Assembly (NCBI GenBank): GCA_038851755.1
Contig: JAWCKR010000003.1
Location: 15,294 to 79,293, forward strand
Length of the DNA: 64,000 bases
Reading direction: 5' to 3'
From: Candidatus Hadarchaeales archaeon
GTDB taxonomy: Archaea; Hadarchaeota; Hadarchaeia; Hadarchaeales; WYZ-LMO6
Shown here: positions 46,716-55,505 of the stretch, piece by piece
Numbering within the stretch: position 1 is the first letter of the stretch
Layout: the number at the start of each line of letters is the position of its first letter
Notes under the pieces: model-generated
Told to the model about the DNA's origin: nothing
Database searches by the model: none
Seen by the model: only the letters and a program-made list of their open reading frames with translations
Translations under genes and position numbers: made by a program

Positions 46716-47873
46716 ATGAGCGGTTTTGAGGTGAAGAACGTCTTCGAGCACGTGGACATGCTGGCGTACGAGATAGGGCCGAGGAAGGCGGGGAGCAGGG
46801 GAGACAGGAGGACGGTGGAGTACCTCTCCTCCAAACTCAGGGAGTACGGGCTGAAGGTCCACGTGCAGGAGTTCGGGTTCGTCGGCAGGACAAGACGCCT
46901 GGCTTTCATGCTCTCCCTGGGCCTCCTCTTCCTCTCCCTCACCCTCTTTCTCCCTCCCCTTCTCTCCCTCCTCCTCTGGTCCCTCTTCCTCCTCCTCTCT
47001 GAGTTCTCAGGGAGGATCCTCCCCGGGCAGAAGACCTGCAACCTCCTGGCGGAGATGAAGGGTGAGGGAGAAAGGAAGGTACTCCTGGCGCACAGGGACT
47101 CGGCTTCCTGTGTTTCCCGCCCGCGTCTGCTGGAGGTATCCTCCCTCTTCCTCCCCCTCTCCCTCCTGCTTCCCTCCTTCCTCCTCCTCCTCAGGCTCCT
47201 CTTCCCCCCTCTCTGGCCTTGGGGAGGCTTCCTCTCCCTCTTCCTCTTCGCCCTCTTCCCCTCCCTCCGCCTCCTTTCCCTCTCCTCCAGCGTTTCGCCA
47301 GGGGCCAACGACAACGCCTCTGGGGTGGCCCTGCTCCTGGAGGTGGCCAGGGTCTGCTCTCAGCTCAACCCCGTGCCCCCCCTGCTCCTCGCTTTCACGG
47401 GGGCGGAGGAGGAGGGCCTCTGGGGATCGAAGGCCCTCGCCTCAGGCGGGGTGCTGAGGAGGGAAGACAGGATCCTCAACGTGGACACGGTGGGGGTGGG
47501 AAGGGTGCACCTTGTGGTGGGGAGCGGGCTCTTGCGAAGGAGGGAGACCCCCAGGGGTCTCAACGAGGAGGTGAGGAGGTGCTTGAAGGAGGAGGGCTTG
47601 AGGCCTGGAGAGTGGTGGACGGTCTTCTCCGCTCATGACCACCTTCCCCTGCTCCGCAAGGGTTTTTCGGCCACCACCCTCACCGCAGACACGGGCCTCC
47701 GCGGGGATTCTTCCCTCTTCAGGTTCTTCCGGATCCCCAAGGCGGGCAGGAGGGGATGGAGGTACCTGCACACGGAGGAGGATCTCCCTCCCAGGCTGGA
47801 GCTATCCACCCTTGAGAGGGTGGGGAAGGCCCTGCTGAGGTTCGCGGGTGCGGGGGAGGGACCGGCCGGGTGA
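46716..47873 (+). CDS. M28-family zinc peptidase with a ~110-aa hydrophobic low-complexity insertion
   Basis: HRDS, GANDNASG, GAEEEG and HTEED zinc/catalytic motifs in canonical order. Between HRDS and GANDNASG lies a Leu/Ser/Phe-rich segment (LFLPLSLLLPSFLLLLRLLFPP...) encoded by polypyrimidine tracts. Confidence 0.75.
   Translation: MSGFEVKNVFEHVDMLAYEIGPRKAGSRGDRRTVEYLSSKLREYGLKVHVQEFGFVGRTRRLAFMLSLGLLFLSLTLFLPPLLSLLLWSLFLLLSEFSGRILPGQKTCNLLAEMKGEGERKVLLAHRDSASCVSRPRLLEVSSLFLPLSLLLPSFLLLLRLLFPPLWPWGGFLSLFLFALFPSLRLLSLSSSVSPGANDNASGVALLLEVARVCSQLNPVPPLLLAFTGAEEEGLWGSKALASGGVLRREDRILNVDTVGVGRVHLVVGSGLLRRRETPRGLNEEVRRCLKEEGLRPGEWWTVFSAHDHLPLLRKGFSATTLTADTGLRGDSSLFRFFRIPKAGRRGWRYLHTEEDLPPRLELSTLERVGKALLRFAGAGEGPAG
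46906..47000. repeat. Polypyrimidine (CT-rich) low-complexity tract 1 inside the M28 gene
   Basis: Runs of CTC/TCC/CCT triplets about 95 bp. Boundaries approximate. Confidence 0.6.
47139..47290. repeat. Polypyrimidine (CT-rich) low-complexity tract 2 inside the M28 gene
   Basis: About 150 bp of CTC/TCC/CCT-rich sequence. Antisense gives an R/E/K-rich artefactual ORF (46685..47314). Boundaries approximate. Confidence 0.6.
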
Positions 47874-47877
47874 GGTG

Positions 47878-48873
47878 ATGGACGTCTCCCTCCTCTTCCC
47901 CCTCTCGGCCTCCCTCCTCCTGGCAGCGGGCATGGGCGCCAGCGACACCGCCGACGCCATGGGTACGGCGGTGGGGGCCAGGATCCTCTCCTACCGGAGG
48001 GCAGTCTTTCTCTTCGCCCTCTTCCTCTTCGTGGGGGCGGTGCTGGAGGGGGGGAAGCTGGTGGAGCCCGTGGGGAAGGGGGTGGTCTCCGGACCCCTCT
48101 TCTTAGACCATCCCCTTCCCTTCTCCCTGGTTCTGCTCCTCTCGGGCGTGGCGGTGGTGGTCAGCGCCTGGCACGGCATCCCCCTCTCCACCCATCAGCT
48201 TATCCTGGGAGGGATCATCGGCGGGGGAGTGGCGGGCAGCCTGCTGGCGGGACCCGCGGAGGCCGGGCTTCAAGGAGGGAAGGTGCTGCAGGTGGTGGTG
48301 GCCTGGTGCCTCACCCCCTTCCTCTCCCTCCTCCTCTCCTTCCTCCTCTGCCGCCTCTTCAGGCGCCTCTTCCTCTCGGTGAAGGATCCCGCGGGCCTCA
48401 ATCTCCTCTTCTCCCTGGGCGTCGTTTCCAGCGGGTGCTACATGGCGTACGTGATGGGGGCCAACGGCCTGGGCACCGTAATCGGGAGTTTCTTCGCCAC
48501 CAGGGGGGGAGAGCTCACCCCTTCCTTCCTCCGCACCATGGCCCTGGGAGGGGCCGTGCTGGTGGTGGCAGGGGCCTTTGTGCTGGGGGAGAGGGTGGTG
48601 AGGACCGTGGGCAGCGGTTTGGCCCCCCTTTCGCCCACCAGCGCCATAGCCTCCCAGCTCAGCGCGGGCCTCAGCGTGCACCTCCTCACCCAGTACGGTC
48701 TTCCCGTTTCCATGAGCCACGCCATCGTGACCAGCGTGGTGGGTGCTGGTCTGGCCATGGACGTCTCCACGGTGAGGACGGGGAGGGTGAGGGAGCTGGT
48801 GCTGGTGTGGATCCTCTGCCCCTTCCTCACCTTCACGCTGGGAGTGCTCTTCTACGCCCTCCACCTCGGATGA
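47878..48873 (+). CDS. pit: Inorganic phosphate transporter, PiT (PHO4) family
   Basis: GASDTADAMGT and STHQLILGGIIG signature motifs, duplicated halves. Start at Met11 of ORF 47848..48873. Confidence 0.85.
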   Translation: MDVSLLFPLSASLLLAAGMGASDTADAMGTAVGARILSYRRAVFLFALFLFVGAVLEGGKLVEPVGKGVVSGPLFLDHPLPFSLVLLLSGVAVVVSAWHGIPLSTHQLILGGIIGGGVAGSLLAGPAEAGLQGGKVLQVVVAWCLTPFLSLLLSFLLCRLFRRLFLSVKDPAGLNLLFSLGVVSSGCYMAYVMGANGLGTVIGSFFATRGGELTPSFLRTMALGGAVLVVAGAFVLGERVVRTVGSGLAPLSPTSAIASQLSAGLSVHLLTQYGLPVSMSHAIVTSVVGAGLAMDVSTVRTGRVRELVLVWILCPFLTFTLGVLFYALHLG

Positions 48874-49551
48874 TCAGACCCTGAAACCGTAGATGAGGAT
48901 GAGCAGGAGGTGGCTGGCCTCCTCCGCCTGGTCCGAGATGTCCCCTATCCCGTGGATGACCTGGTCGAGCTGCATGACGGTGACGGGGTCGAGGCCCTTT
49001 TCCTTCTCGTACAGGTCCACGATCAGTCCCTGCTCTATAAGGTCCGACTCGTGTTCCCTCCTCCCCACCTCCTTGGCCTGGGCCTCCGCCAGGTCCATGT
49101 TGGAGGTGAGGGTCTTCACGGAGGAGGAGAGGGCCTCAGCGCAGCGCGTCGCCAGCTCCCCCATCTTCACCATTCCCTCCCTCAGCCTCTCCATCTTCCT
49201 TCCCGCCTTCTTCATCACCCTCCAGGTCCGCTCCCGGCTCAGGATGGTCCTGCTCACCTCCTCCGTCACGTCCGCCACGTTGTCCAGCTGGGAGCCCAGT
49301 CTGGCCAGATCCCCTCTGTAGGCGGGCAGGAAGGCCCCGCCAGCCAGGGCTCGGTTGAACTTGCCCAGCCTGTCGTCAGCCTGGCTCTCCAGAAGGGTGA
49401 CCTCCCTCCCCAGGCAGCAGGCCTTTTCCCACTCGAAGGAGGAGAGGGCCTGGACCAGCTCCTCGAACTTCCTCACCACCCCCAGCACCGCCTCGGAGTG
49501 AAGCCCGAGCAGCCTGAGCGCTTCCCTCTCCTTCCCCTTCCACATCCTCAT
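48874..49551 (-). CDS. PhoU-like phosphate transport regulator (DUF47 family)
   Basis: Helical-bundle DUF47 pattern, convergent with and adjacent to pit. Start at Met36 (49551) overlapping the nob1 stop (ATGA). Confidence 0.75.
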   Translation of the reverse strand: MRMWKGKEREALRLLGLHSEAVLGVVRKFEELVQALSSFEWEKACCLGREVTLLESQADDRLGKFNRALAGGAFLPAYRGDLARLGSQLDNVADVTEEVSRTILSRERTWRVMKKAGRKMERLREGMVKMGELATRCAEALSSSVKTLTSNMDLAEAQAKEVGRREHESDLIEQGLIVDLYEKEKGLDPVTVMQLDQVIHGIGDISDQAEEASHLLLILIYGFRV

Positions 49552-50051
49552 CCCCCCGTCCTCTCCCCCACCTTCCTCAGCTCGGAGCCGCAGACGGAGC
49601 AGCGCAGGATCCTCACGGAGTACTTCCTCCCGCAGGCAGGGCAGACCTTCGACCACTTCAGCACCCTCCTTATCCCAGGCATCAGCAGTCCCCGGTGCGC
49701 AATCTTCATCAAGCTGGCCACGTTCTGGATGCCGTAGTCGTCCGTGACCACCTCCACCTCCTTTCCACTCTTCCTCAGCGAGAGGGCCAGGGCGAGAAGT
49801 TCCAGGTCCGTCCCAGAGAGTCTGTCCCCAGTTTTACCGGCCAGCCTCTCCGCTTCCTTCCTCTCCCCGACAGGTGGTTCCAGGATCCTGACCTTCTTCT
49901 CCAGCAGGCCCACCTCCAGCCTGGAACGGGAGAGCCCTTCCCTGAGTTCCTCCAGAACCGAGGGCACGGTCACCTGCTCGGCCTCCTCCTTCCCTGGGGA
50001 GAAGCCGCCTATCAGAGCGGAGGTGTCCAGAACGTACACCTTCCTCACCAT
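49548..50051 (-). CDS. nob1: Endonuclease Nob1 (PIN domain + zinc ribbon)
   Basis: 167 aa. PIN acidic residues (VLDTSALI..., TDDYGIQNVA) and C-terminal CPACG...CSVCG ribbon. Confidence 0.8.
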   Translation of the reverse strand: MVRKVYVLDTSALIGGFSPGKEEAEQVTVPSVLEELREGLSRSRLEVGLLEKKVRILEPPVGERKEAERLAGKTGDRLSGTDLELLALALSLRKSGKEVEVVTDDYGIQNVASLMKIAHRGLLMPGIRRVLKWSKVCPACGRKYSVRILRCSVCGSELRKVGERTGG

Positions 50052-50857
50052 ATCTTCTCCCTCAGCCTCTCGTAAAAGTTACCCCTCCACCTCAGGAAGG
50101 AGACGGGCCTCTCCGACTTGAAGAAGAGGATCCTCTCCCCCAGCTCCACCTCTCTAGCGAACTGCCCGTCCACCACGACCGAGGCGTGGTTGTCCGCCCT
50201 CGTCACCTCCACCTCCACCTTTCTATGGCTGGGGATGACCATGGGTGGCAGGGGCGGGGAGGTGCAGAAGGGGTTGACTATGAGCGCCTCCAGCCCGGGT
50301 TCCACCACCGGCCCGCCCGCGGAGAGGGAGTGGCCCGTGCTTCCCGTGGGGGTGGCCACCACGAGCCCGTCCCCCCTGGCCTCGTAGAGGGTTTTCCCCT
50401 CCAGCAGCACCTTGAAGGAGATGGACTTCCCAGGTCTGAGCCAGGTGAGGCAGGCGTCGTTGATGGCATCGGGGAGCCTCTCCCCTCCCACCTTGGTGGC
50501 CAGCGCCATCCTTCCCTCCACCTCCAGCTTCCCCGCCACCATCCTCTTGACGGCCTCCTCGGCTTCAGAGGGGGGGACCTCGGCCAGGAAGCCCCTCCTC
50601 CCCATGTGGACTCCCAGCAGGGGGAGGTGTGGGGCGAGCAAGTGGGCACCCAGCAGGGTACCGTCCCCCCCCACGGTGAGGAGGGCCTCCACCTCCATCT
50701 CCCCCACCTCCTCTCCCTTCTCTCCCAGCCTCTCGGCCAGCTTCTTCTCGAGCACCATGGACCCCCTGGGCGCGGCCTTCAGTAGCTTGCGGACGAGCTC
50801 CAGAGCGGGAGGAAGGTCGAGACGGGCCACCACCCCCACCCTCATCTTCGTCATCAC
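50045..50857 (-). CDS. nadK: NAD kinase
   Basis: 270 aa. GGDGT motif, NDAxLT-like motif (NDACLT). Confidence 0.9.
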   Translation of the reverse strand: MMTKMRVGVVARLDLPPALELVRKLLKAAPRGSMVLEKKLAERLGEKGEEVGEMEVEALLTVGGDGTLLGAHLLAPHLPLLGVHMGRRGFLAEVPPSEAEEAVKRMVAGKLEVEGRMALATKVGGERLPDAINDACLTWLRPGKSISFKVLLEGKTLYEARGDGLVVATPTGSTGHSLSAGGPVVEPGLEALIVNPFCTSPPLPPMVIPSHRKVEVEVTRADNHASVVVDGQFAREVELGERILFFKSERPVSFLRWRGNFYERLREKIW

Positions 50858-50964
50858 CTTACTCGGGGGAGGGCTCTTTTAACCCCACCGAAGGGAGCTC
50901 CGGCCTCCGGGGGCGCGGGAATCAAAAACCTCTTTAAAGGAGGCGGCTTAGTTAGTAGAACTCC

Positions 50965-51351
50965 ATGAAAGAGGTGGTAGAAGTAGGGAAGCTCAGGGAG
51001 GGCAGGTTCATCATCATAGACGGGGAGCCCTGCAGGATCGTGGGCTACAGCACCTCCGCCCCGGGCAAGCACGGGCACGCGAAGGCCAAGATAGATGCCA
51101 TCAGCTTCTTCGACGGCCAGAAGAGGACGGTGATAAAGCCCACCAGCGCGAAGGTGGAGGTCCCCATCGTGAAGAGGGGGAACGCCCAGGTGCTGGCGGT
51201 GGTGAAGAACAGCGCCCAGCTCATGGACCTCACCACCTACGAGACCTTCGAGCTCCCCATCCCCATAGAGCTGAGGGGGGACATCAAGGAGGGTGCGGAG
51301 GTCGAGTACATCGAGGCCCTGGGAAGGCGCAAGATAGAGAGGGTAAAGTAG
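50965..51351 (+). CDS. eif5a: Translation initiation factor 5A (aIF-5A)
   Basis: 128 aa. Hypusination loop STSAPGKHGHAKAKI. Confidence 0.9.
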   Translation: MKEVVEVGKLREGRFIIIDGEPCRIVGYSTSAPGKHGHAKAKIDAISFFDGQKRTVIKPTSAKVEVPIVKRGNAQVLAVVKNSAQLMDLTTYETFELPIPIELRGDIKEGAEVEYIEALGRRKIERVK

Positions 51352-51386
51352 TCTTTTAGCGTTGCAACCCCATCCGGTCTGAGAGC

Positions 51387-52961
51387 TTGAAGTTTGAGGT
51401 GGAGAGGATAAAGGCCCAGGCCGAGGAGGACTTCGAGAGGGCCTGGAGGGAGAGCGGGAAGCTCCTGAGGGAGGGAAAGGGGAAACACCGTCACGCCCAA
51501 AAGACCAGGACCCACCCCCTCATGGACCTGCTGGTGGAGGTGAGGAAGGTGCTCTTGGAGGAGGGGTTCACCGAGGTGGTCCTCCCCATGCTCGTGGACT
51601 CAGCGGAGGTGGTGAAGCAGTACGGACCAGAGGCCCTGGTGATCCTGGACAGGGTCTTTTTCCTGGCGGGGCTGGAGAGGCCTGACATAGGCATGAGCAG
51701 GAAGGAGAGGGAGGCCGTGCTGAAGCTGGTCCCCGGGTTCAGCAGGTTCGAGGAGCTCCAGTCCATCCTCCGCAGGTACAAGAAGGGGGAGGTGAGCGCC
51801 GACGACCTGCTGGAGGTGATGGTGAGGGAGCTGGGGCTCTCTGAGGAGGAGGCCTCGGGGATCGTCCAGGGGATCTTCCCCCAGTTCAAGGAGATGAGGC
51901 CCGTTCCCTCCACCCTCTCCCTCCGCTCCCACACCACCTCCCTCTGGTTCCCTGCCCTGGCGGAGTTCCTGAGGAGGGAGCCCCTGCCCATCCAGCTCTT
52001 CTCCATAGGGCCGAAGTTCAGGAGGGAGCAGAGGCTGGACAGGACCCACCTCTACGAGTCCTGGACCGCCTCGCTGGTGGAGATGGACGAGGACCTCTCC
52101 CTGGAGGACGGGAAGGAGGTCACCAGGAGGATCTTCAGGAGGCTGGGCTTCGGGGAGGTCGAGTTCAGGACGAAGAGGGCCACCTCCAAGTACTACGCCC
52201 CCGGGATGGAGTTCGAGGTCTTCCTCACCTCCAGGGGTGAGGAGGTGGAGGTGGCGGACGGGGGGATGTACAGCCCCGTGGCCCTCAGCCGGTACGGCAT
52301 CCCCTACCCGGTGTTCAACCTGGGGATAGGGCTGGAGAGGCTTCTGATGATCAGGACGGGGGAGGACGACGTGAGGAGGCTGGTCTACCCCTATTTCTAC
52401 GCTGAGCCCTCCTTCTCCGACCGGGAGCTGGCGGCGATGGTGAGGGTGGGGGAGCAGCCCTTGACGGAGGAGGGTAGGAGGATAGCGGAGGCCATCCTGG
52501 AGGGGGCCAGGAAGCACGCCGATGCCCCCAGCCCCTGCGAGTTCGAGGTCTACAGGGGGGAGGTGGGAGGAAGGAGGGTGGTGGTGAAGCTGGTGGAGCC
52601 GGAGGAGAAGACGAAGCTCATAGGGCCCGCGGGCTTCAACACCCTCTACGTCTTCGACGGGAACCTGGTGGGGGTCCCTCCCGAGGGATGGAAGGACGAC
52701 GAGTTCCTGCGGAGGGTGAGGAGGGAGGGCGTGAACACGGGCATCACCTACATGGGGGCCCTGGCCTCGCTGGCGGCACGCAGGATAGAGGAGGCGGCGG
52801 GGGAGGGGAGGCCGGTGAAGGTGAGGGTGAGGAACGTGAAGTCCCCCTCCGACATCAACGTGGTGGTGGAGGAGGTGGCCCAGCGCTACCTGACCTCCAG
52901 GCAGAAGAAGGTGGACGTGAGGGGTCCCGTGTTCACCACTATCACCGCGGAGTTCACCTGA
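51387..52961 (+). CDS. sepS: O-phosphoserine--tRNA(Cys) ligase (SepRS)
   Basis: 524 aa. Blocks FERAWRESG, QYGPEALVILDR, LSLRSHTTSLWF, IGPKFRREQ, MYSPVALSRYGIPYPVFNLGIGLERL and VRGPVFTTITAEF align with characterised methanogen SepRS (class II, PheRS-alpha-like). Confidence 0.85.
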   Translation: MKFEVERIKAQAEEDFERAWRESGKLLREGKGKHRHAQKTRTHPLMDLLVEVRKVLLEEGFTEVVLPMLVDSAEVVKQYGPEALVILDRVFFLAGLERPDIGMSRKEREAVLKLVPGFSRFEELQSILRRYKKGEVSADDLLEVMVRELGLSEEEASGIVQGIFPQFKEMRPVPSTLSLRSHTTSLWFPALAEFLRREPLPIQLFSIGPKFRREQRLDRTHLYESWTASLVEMDEDLSLEDGKEVTRRIFRRLGFGEVEFRTKRATSKYYAPGMEFEVFLTSRGEEVEVADGGMYSPVALSRYGIPYPVFNLGIGLERLLMIRTGEDDVRRLVYPYFYAEPSFSDRELAAMVRVGEQPLTEEGRRIAEAILEGARKHADAPSPCEFEVYRGEVGGRRVVVKLVEPEEKTKLIGPAGFNTLYVFDGNLVGVPPEGWKDDEFLRRVRREGVNTGITYMGALASLAARRIEEAAGEGRPVKVRVRNVKSPSDINVVVEEVAQRYLTSRQKKVDVRGPVFTTITAEFT

Positions 52962-52987
52962 GGTTTTAAAGCACGTGGAGAAGTGGA

Positions 52988-54442
52988 GTGAGGGATGAAC
53001 TGAAGCTTTCCTTCATCGTTCTGCCCGAGAGCTTCTCCCTCCCCCACACCCTCAGGGACCAGCTCTCCGGGCTTTTCAGGTACTTCCGCACCGGGGAGGT
53101 GAGCGCCGGATCTTCCTGGCCTCCCCTGGGTGTGCTCTACCTGGGCACCATCCTGCAGGAGGCCGGGTACGAGGTTTCGGTGCTCGACGCCGCCTTGCGG
53201 AAATGGGACCTGAAGAGGGTGGAGGACTGGGTGAGGAGGGAAGACCCCGACGTGGTGGGCCTGAGCACCTTCACGGGGAACTTCGTGCACGCGGCGGAGC
53301 TGGCCCGGAGGATAAAGGAGGCCTCCCCGGACGTGAAGGTGGTCATGGGGGGCCACCACGTGACCTTCACGGCCGATCGCACCCTGAGGGAGTTCCCCTT
53401 CGTGGACCTGGTGGTGAGGGGGGAGGCGGAGGGGACCGTCTTGGGTGTCATGAGGGCCCTGGAGGGGAGGAAGGAACTGAAGGAGCTGAGGGGAGTTTCC
53501 TACGGAGAGGACGGAAGGGTGGTTCACCTGCCTCCCGCGGATCCCCTCACCGACCTGGACGCCCTCCCCATGCCCGACAGGAGCCTCATTTTGGACGAGT
53601 ACCGGGGTACCGTGGGTCCGGTGAGCTTCGGCACGGGAAGGCTCACCACGGTCATCACTTCCCGCGGCTGTCCCTTCCACTGTACCTTCTGCAGCTGCAC
53701 GGCTTTCAGGGGCAACCTGTGCAAGTTCAGGTCTCCGGAGAACCTCATGGGGGAGCTGGAGGTGCTGGCGGGGGAGGGGTACCGGGAAATAGGCATGGTG
53801 GACGACAGTTTCTGCCTGGTCCGGAAGAGGGTGGAGAGGATATGCGAGCTCATCGAGCAGAGGCACCTGGAGTTCACCTGGTGGTGCGAGAGCAGGGTGG
53901 ATGCCGTGAGCTACGAGATGTTCCGTACGATGAAGAGGGCGGGTTGCGAGACCGTTTTCTTCGGCTTCGAGAGCGGGGTTCAGAGGATCCTGGACTACTA
54001 TCGGAAGGGAATCACTCCGGAACAGTCCGTCAGGGCCGTGCGTGCGGCCAGAAAGGCGGGGATGAACACCGTCGGGACCTTCATCGTGGGAGCGCCCACG
54101 GAGACCAGGGAGGAAGTTTCGCAGACCCTGAGGTTCGCGGAGAGGCTGGGGGTGGATGTGGTGGGGATAGGTCCTCTCTGGGTGTACCCTGGCACGCAGG
54201 TATGGAGTGAGATGGTCTCCGAGAACAGGGAGCTTGAGGAAAAGTACTGGAAGACGGGGTTCGCGCCGGTGGAGCTGGGGATGTGCGGGTACTCCGCGGA
54301 GTGGCTGGGGGAGGAGATAGGGAGGACCCTGAGGAGGTTTTACCTGAACCCTCTCTACCTCTCCGGTCAGCTGGTGAGGTGCCTGAGGGACCCCTACAGG
54401 AGGAGGGCGGTCTCCGAGAGGATTAGGTCCTGGCTCTGCTAG
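52988..54442 (+). CDS. B12-binding-domain radical SAM protein (class B)
   Basis: 484 aa. N-terminal cobalamin-binding Rossmann-like region. CxxxCxxC radical SAM motif TSRGCPFHCTFC. Confidence 0.85.
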   Translation: MRDELKLSFIVLPESFSLPHTLRDQLSGLFRYFRTGEVSAGSSWPPLGVLYLGTILQEAGYEVSVLDAALRKWDLKRVEDWVRREDPDVVGLSTFTGNFVHAAELARRIKEASPDVKVVMGGHHVTFTADRTLREFPFVDLVVRGEAEGTVLGVMRALEGRKELKELRGVSYGEDGRVVHLPPADPLTDLDALPMPDRSLILDEYRGTVGPVSFGTGRLTTVITSRGCPFHCTFCSCTAFRGNLCKFRSPENLMGELEVLAGEGYREIGMVDDSFCLVRKRVERICELIEQRHLEFTWWCESRVDAVSYEMFRTMKRAGCETVFFGFESGVQRILDYYRKGITPEQSVRAVRAARKAGMNTVGTFIVGAPTETREEVSQTLRFAERLGVDVVGIGPLWVYPGTQVWSEMVSENRELEEKYWKTGFAPVELGMCGYSAEWLGEEIGRTLRRFYLNPLYLSGQLVRCLRDPYRRRAVSERIRSWLC

Positions 54443-54443
54443 G

Positions 54444-55262
54444 TCACCGGAAGTACCTGCGGAGGCTCTCCATTCCTTTCCTGGCCACCTCCACGGGATG
54501 CTCGGGGTCCCAGAGCTCCGCTATGACCATCCCCCTGTAGCCCGCTTCATGCAGAGAGGAGGAGAGGGAGGAGAAGTCGATTTCCCCTTCACCCGGCACC
54601 AGGTGGTCGTCGTCCCCTCCCCTGTTATCGTGCACGTGCAGGTGCAGGAGGCTTTTTCCCATGGCCCTGATCTGGGAGCGCACGTCGAGCTTCCTTCCCT
54701 CAGCCTTCTCCCTCAGGTTGGCGTGCCCCACGTCGTAGGTTATGCCTGCCCCCACCTCTTCCACCACTTCCCTCAGCTCCGCGGGTGTGGAGAAGGGGCT
54801 GGAGGGTGTCATCCCGTTCTCCACGGCCAGCTTCACCCCCACCTCCCTTGCCCGGGAGGCCAGGGAGCGAAGGAGGGAGAGGCATTTCTGCTTGGTCAGC
54901 TCGAAGAACTCCCGGGTGGGCACCCTGCAGGACCCGGTGTGCACCACCACGATTTCACCCCCCAGGAGGCTGCAGGCCTCCATCCCTTTCCCGGCCAGCT
55001 TTCGGTTGAGCTCGAAGACCTCGGGCAGGTGGCTCACTGGGTTCAGGTCCACGAAGCTGGTGTGGACGGAGGGCTCCAGTCCCCTCTCCTCCAGTTCCCT
55101 TCTAAGCCTCCTCAGCCTCTCCCGGTCCTCTTCCCACTGGAGGGAAAAGTGAGGGACCTCGTAGATTACCTCCAGGCACTCGTACCCAAGTTCCTGTACC
55201 AGAGGCAGGGCCTCTTCCAGCTTCCCCTTCACGAAGAGCAGGCTGGAGAGTCCGAGCTTCAT
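54444..55262 (-). CDS. Sugar phosphate isomerase/epimerase (xylose-isomerase-like TIM barrel)
   Basis: 272 aa. AP-endonuclease-2/TIM-barrel pattern with conserved E/H/D metal ligands (HVHDN..., VIAELWD). Convergent with the rSAM gene (1-nt gap). Confidence 0.75.
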   Translation of the reverse strand: MKLGLSSLLFVKGKLEEALPLVQELGYECLEVIYEVPHFSLQWEEDRERLRRLRRELEERGLEPSVHTSFVDLNPVSHLPEVFELNRKLAGKGMEACSLLGGEIVVVHTGSCRVPTREFFELTKQKCLSLLRSLASRAREVGVKLAVENGMTPSSPFSTPAELREVVEEVGAGITYDVGHANLREKAEGRKLDVRSQIRAMGKSLLHLHVHDNRGGDDDHLVPGEGEIDFSSLSSSLHEAGYRGMVIAELWDPEHPVEVARKGMESLRRYFR

Positions 55263-55505
55263 CTGGAAGGCATCGCTGCCCGGTGCTTAAATAGTATCTT
55301 CGGTGGAGGGTGTACTTCCCCGTGCGGGAAGTGGGTACGTGGAAACGGTGGGGAGGACTCGTGGGGGTGCGAGGTCAGGGCTTGGTTTTTTTCTCGAGAA
55401 AACAGGCCCCTCGCCCCCAAAGAACAGGACCAGCCCTCCTATGATGGTCGCGAAGAGGCCGCTCCCGACCTCGATCTCTATTCCACGGTTGCCGGGATTT
55501 GCGGG

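Noticed and set aside
46685-47314. 209-aa Arg/Glu/Lys-rich ORF on the minus strand
   Set aside because: It is the reverse complement of the polypyrimidine tracts inside the M28 peptidase gene. The plus-strand product carries ordered M28 catalytic motifs, so the minus ORF is an artefact.
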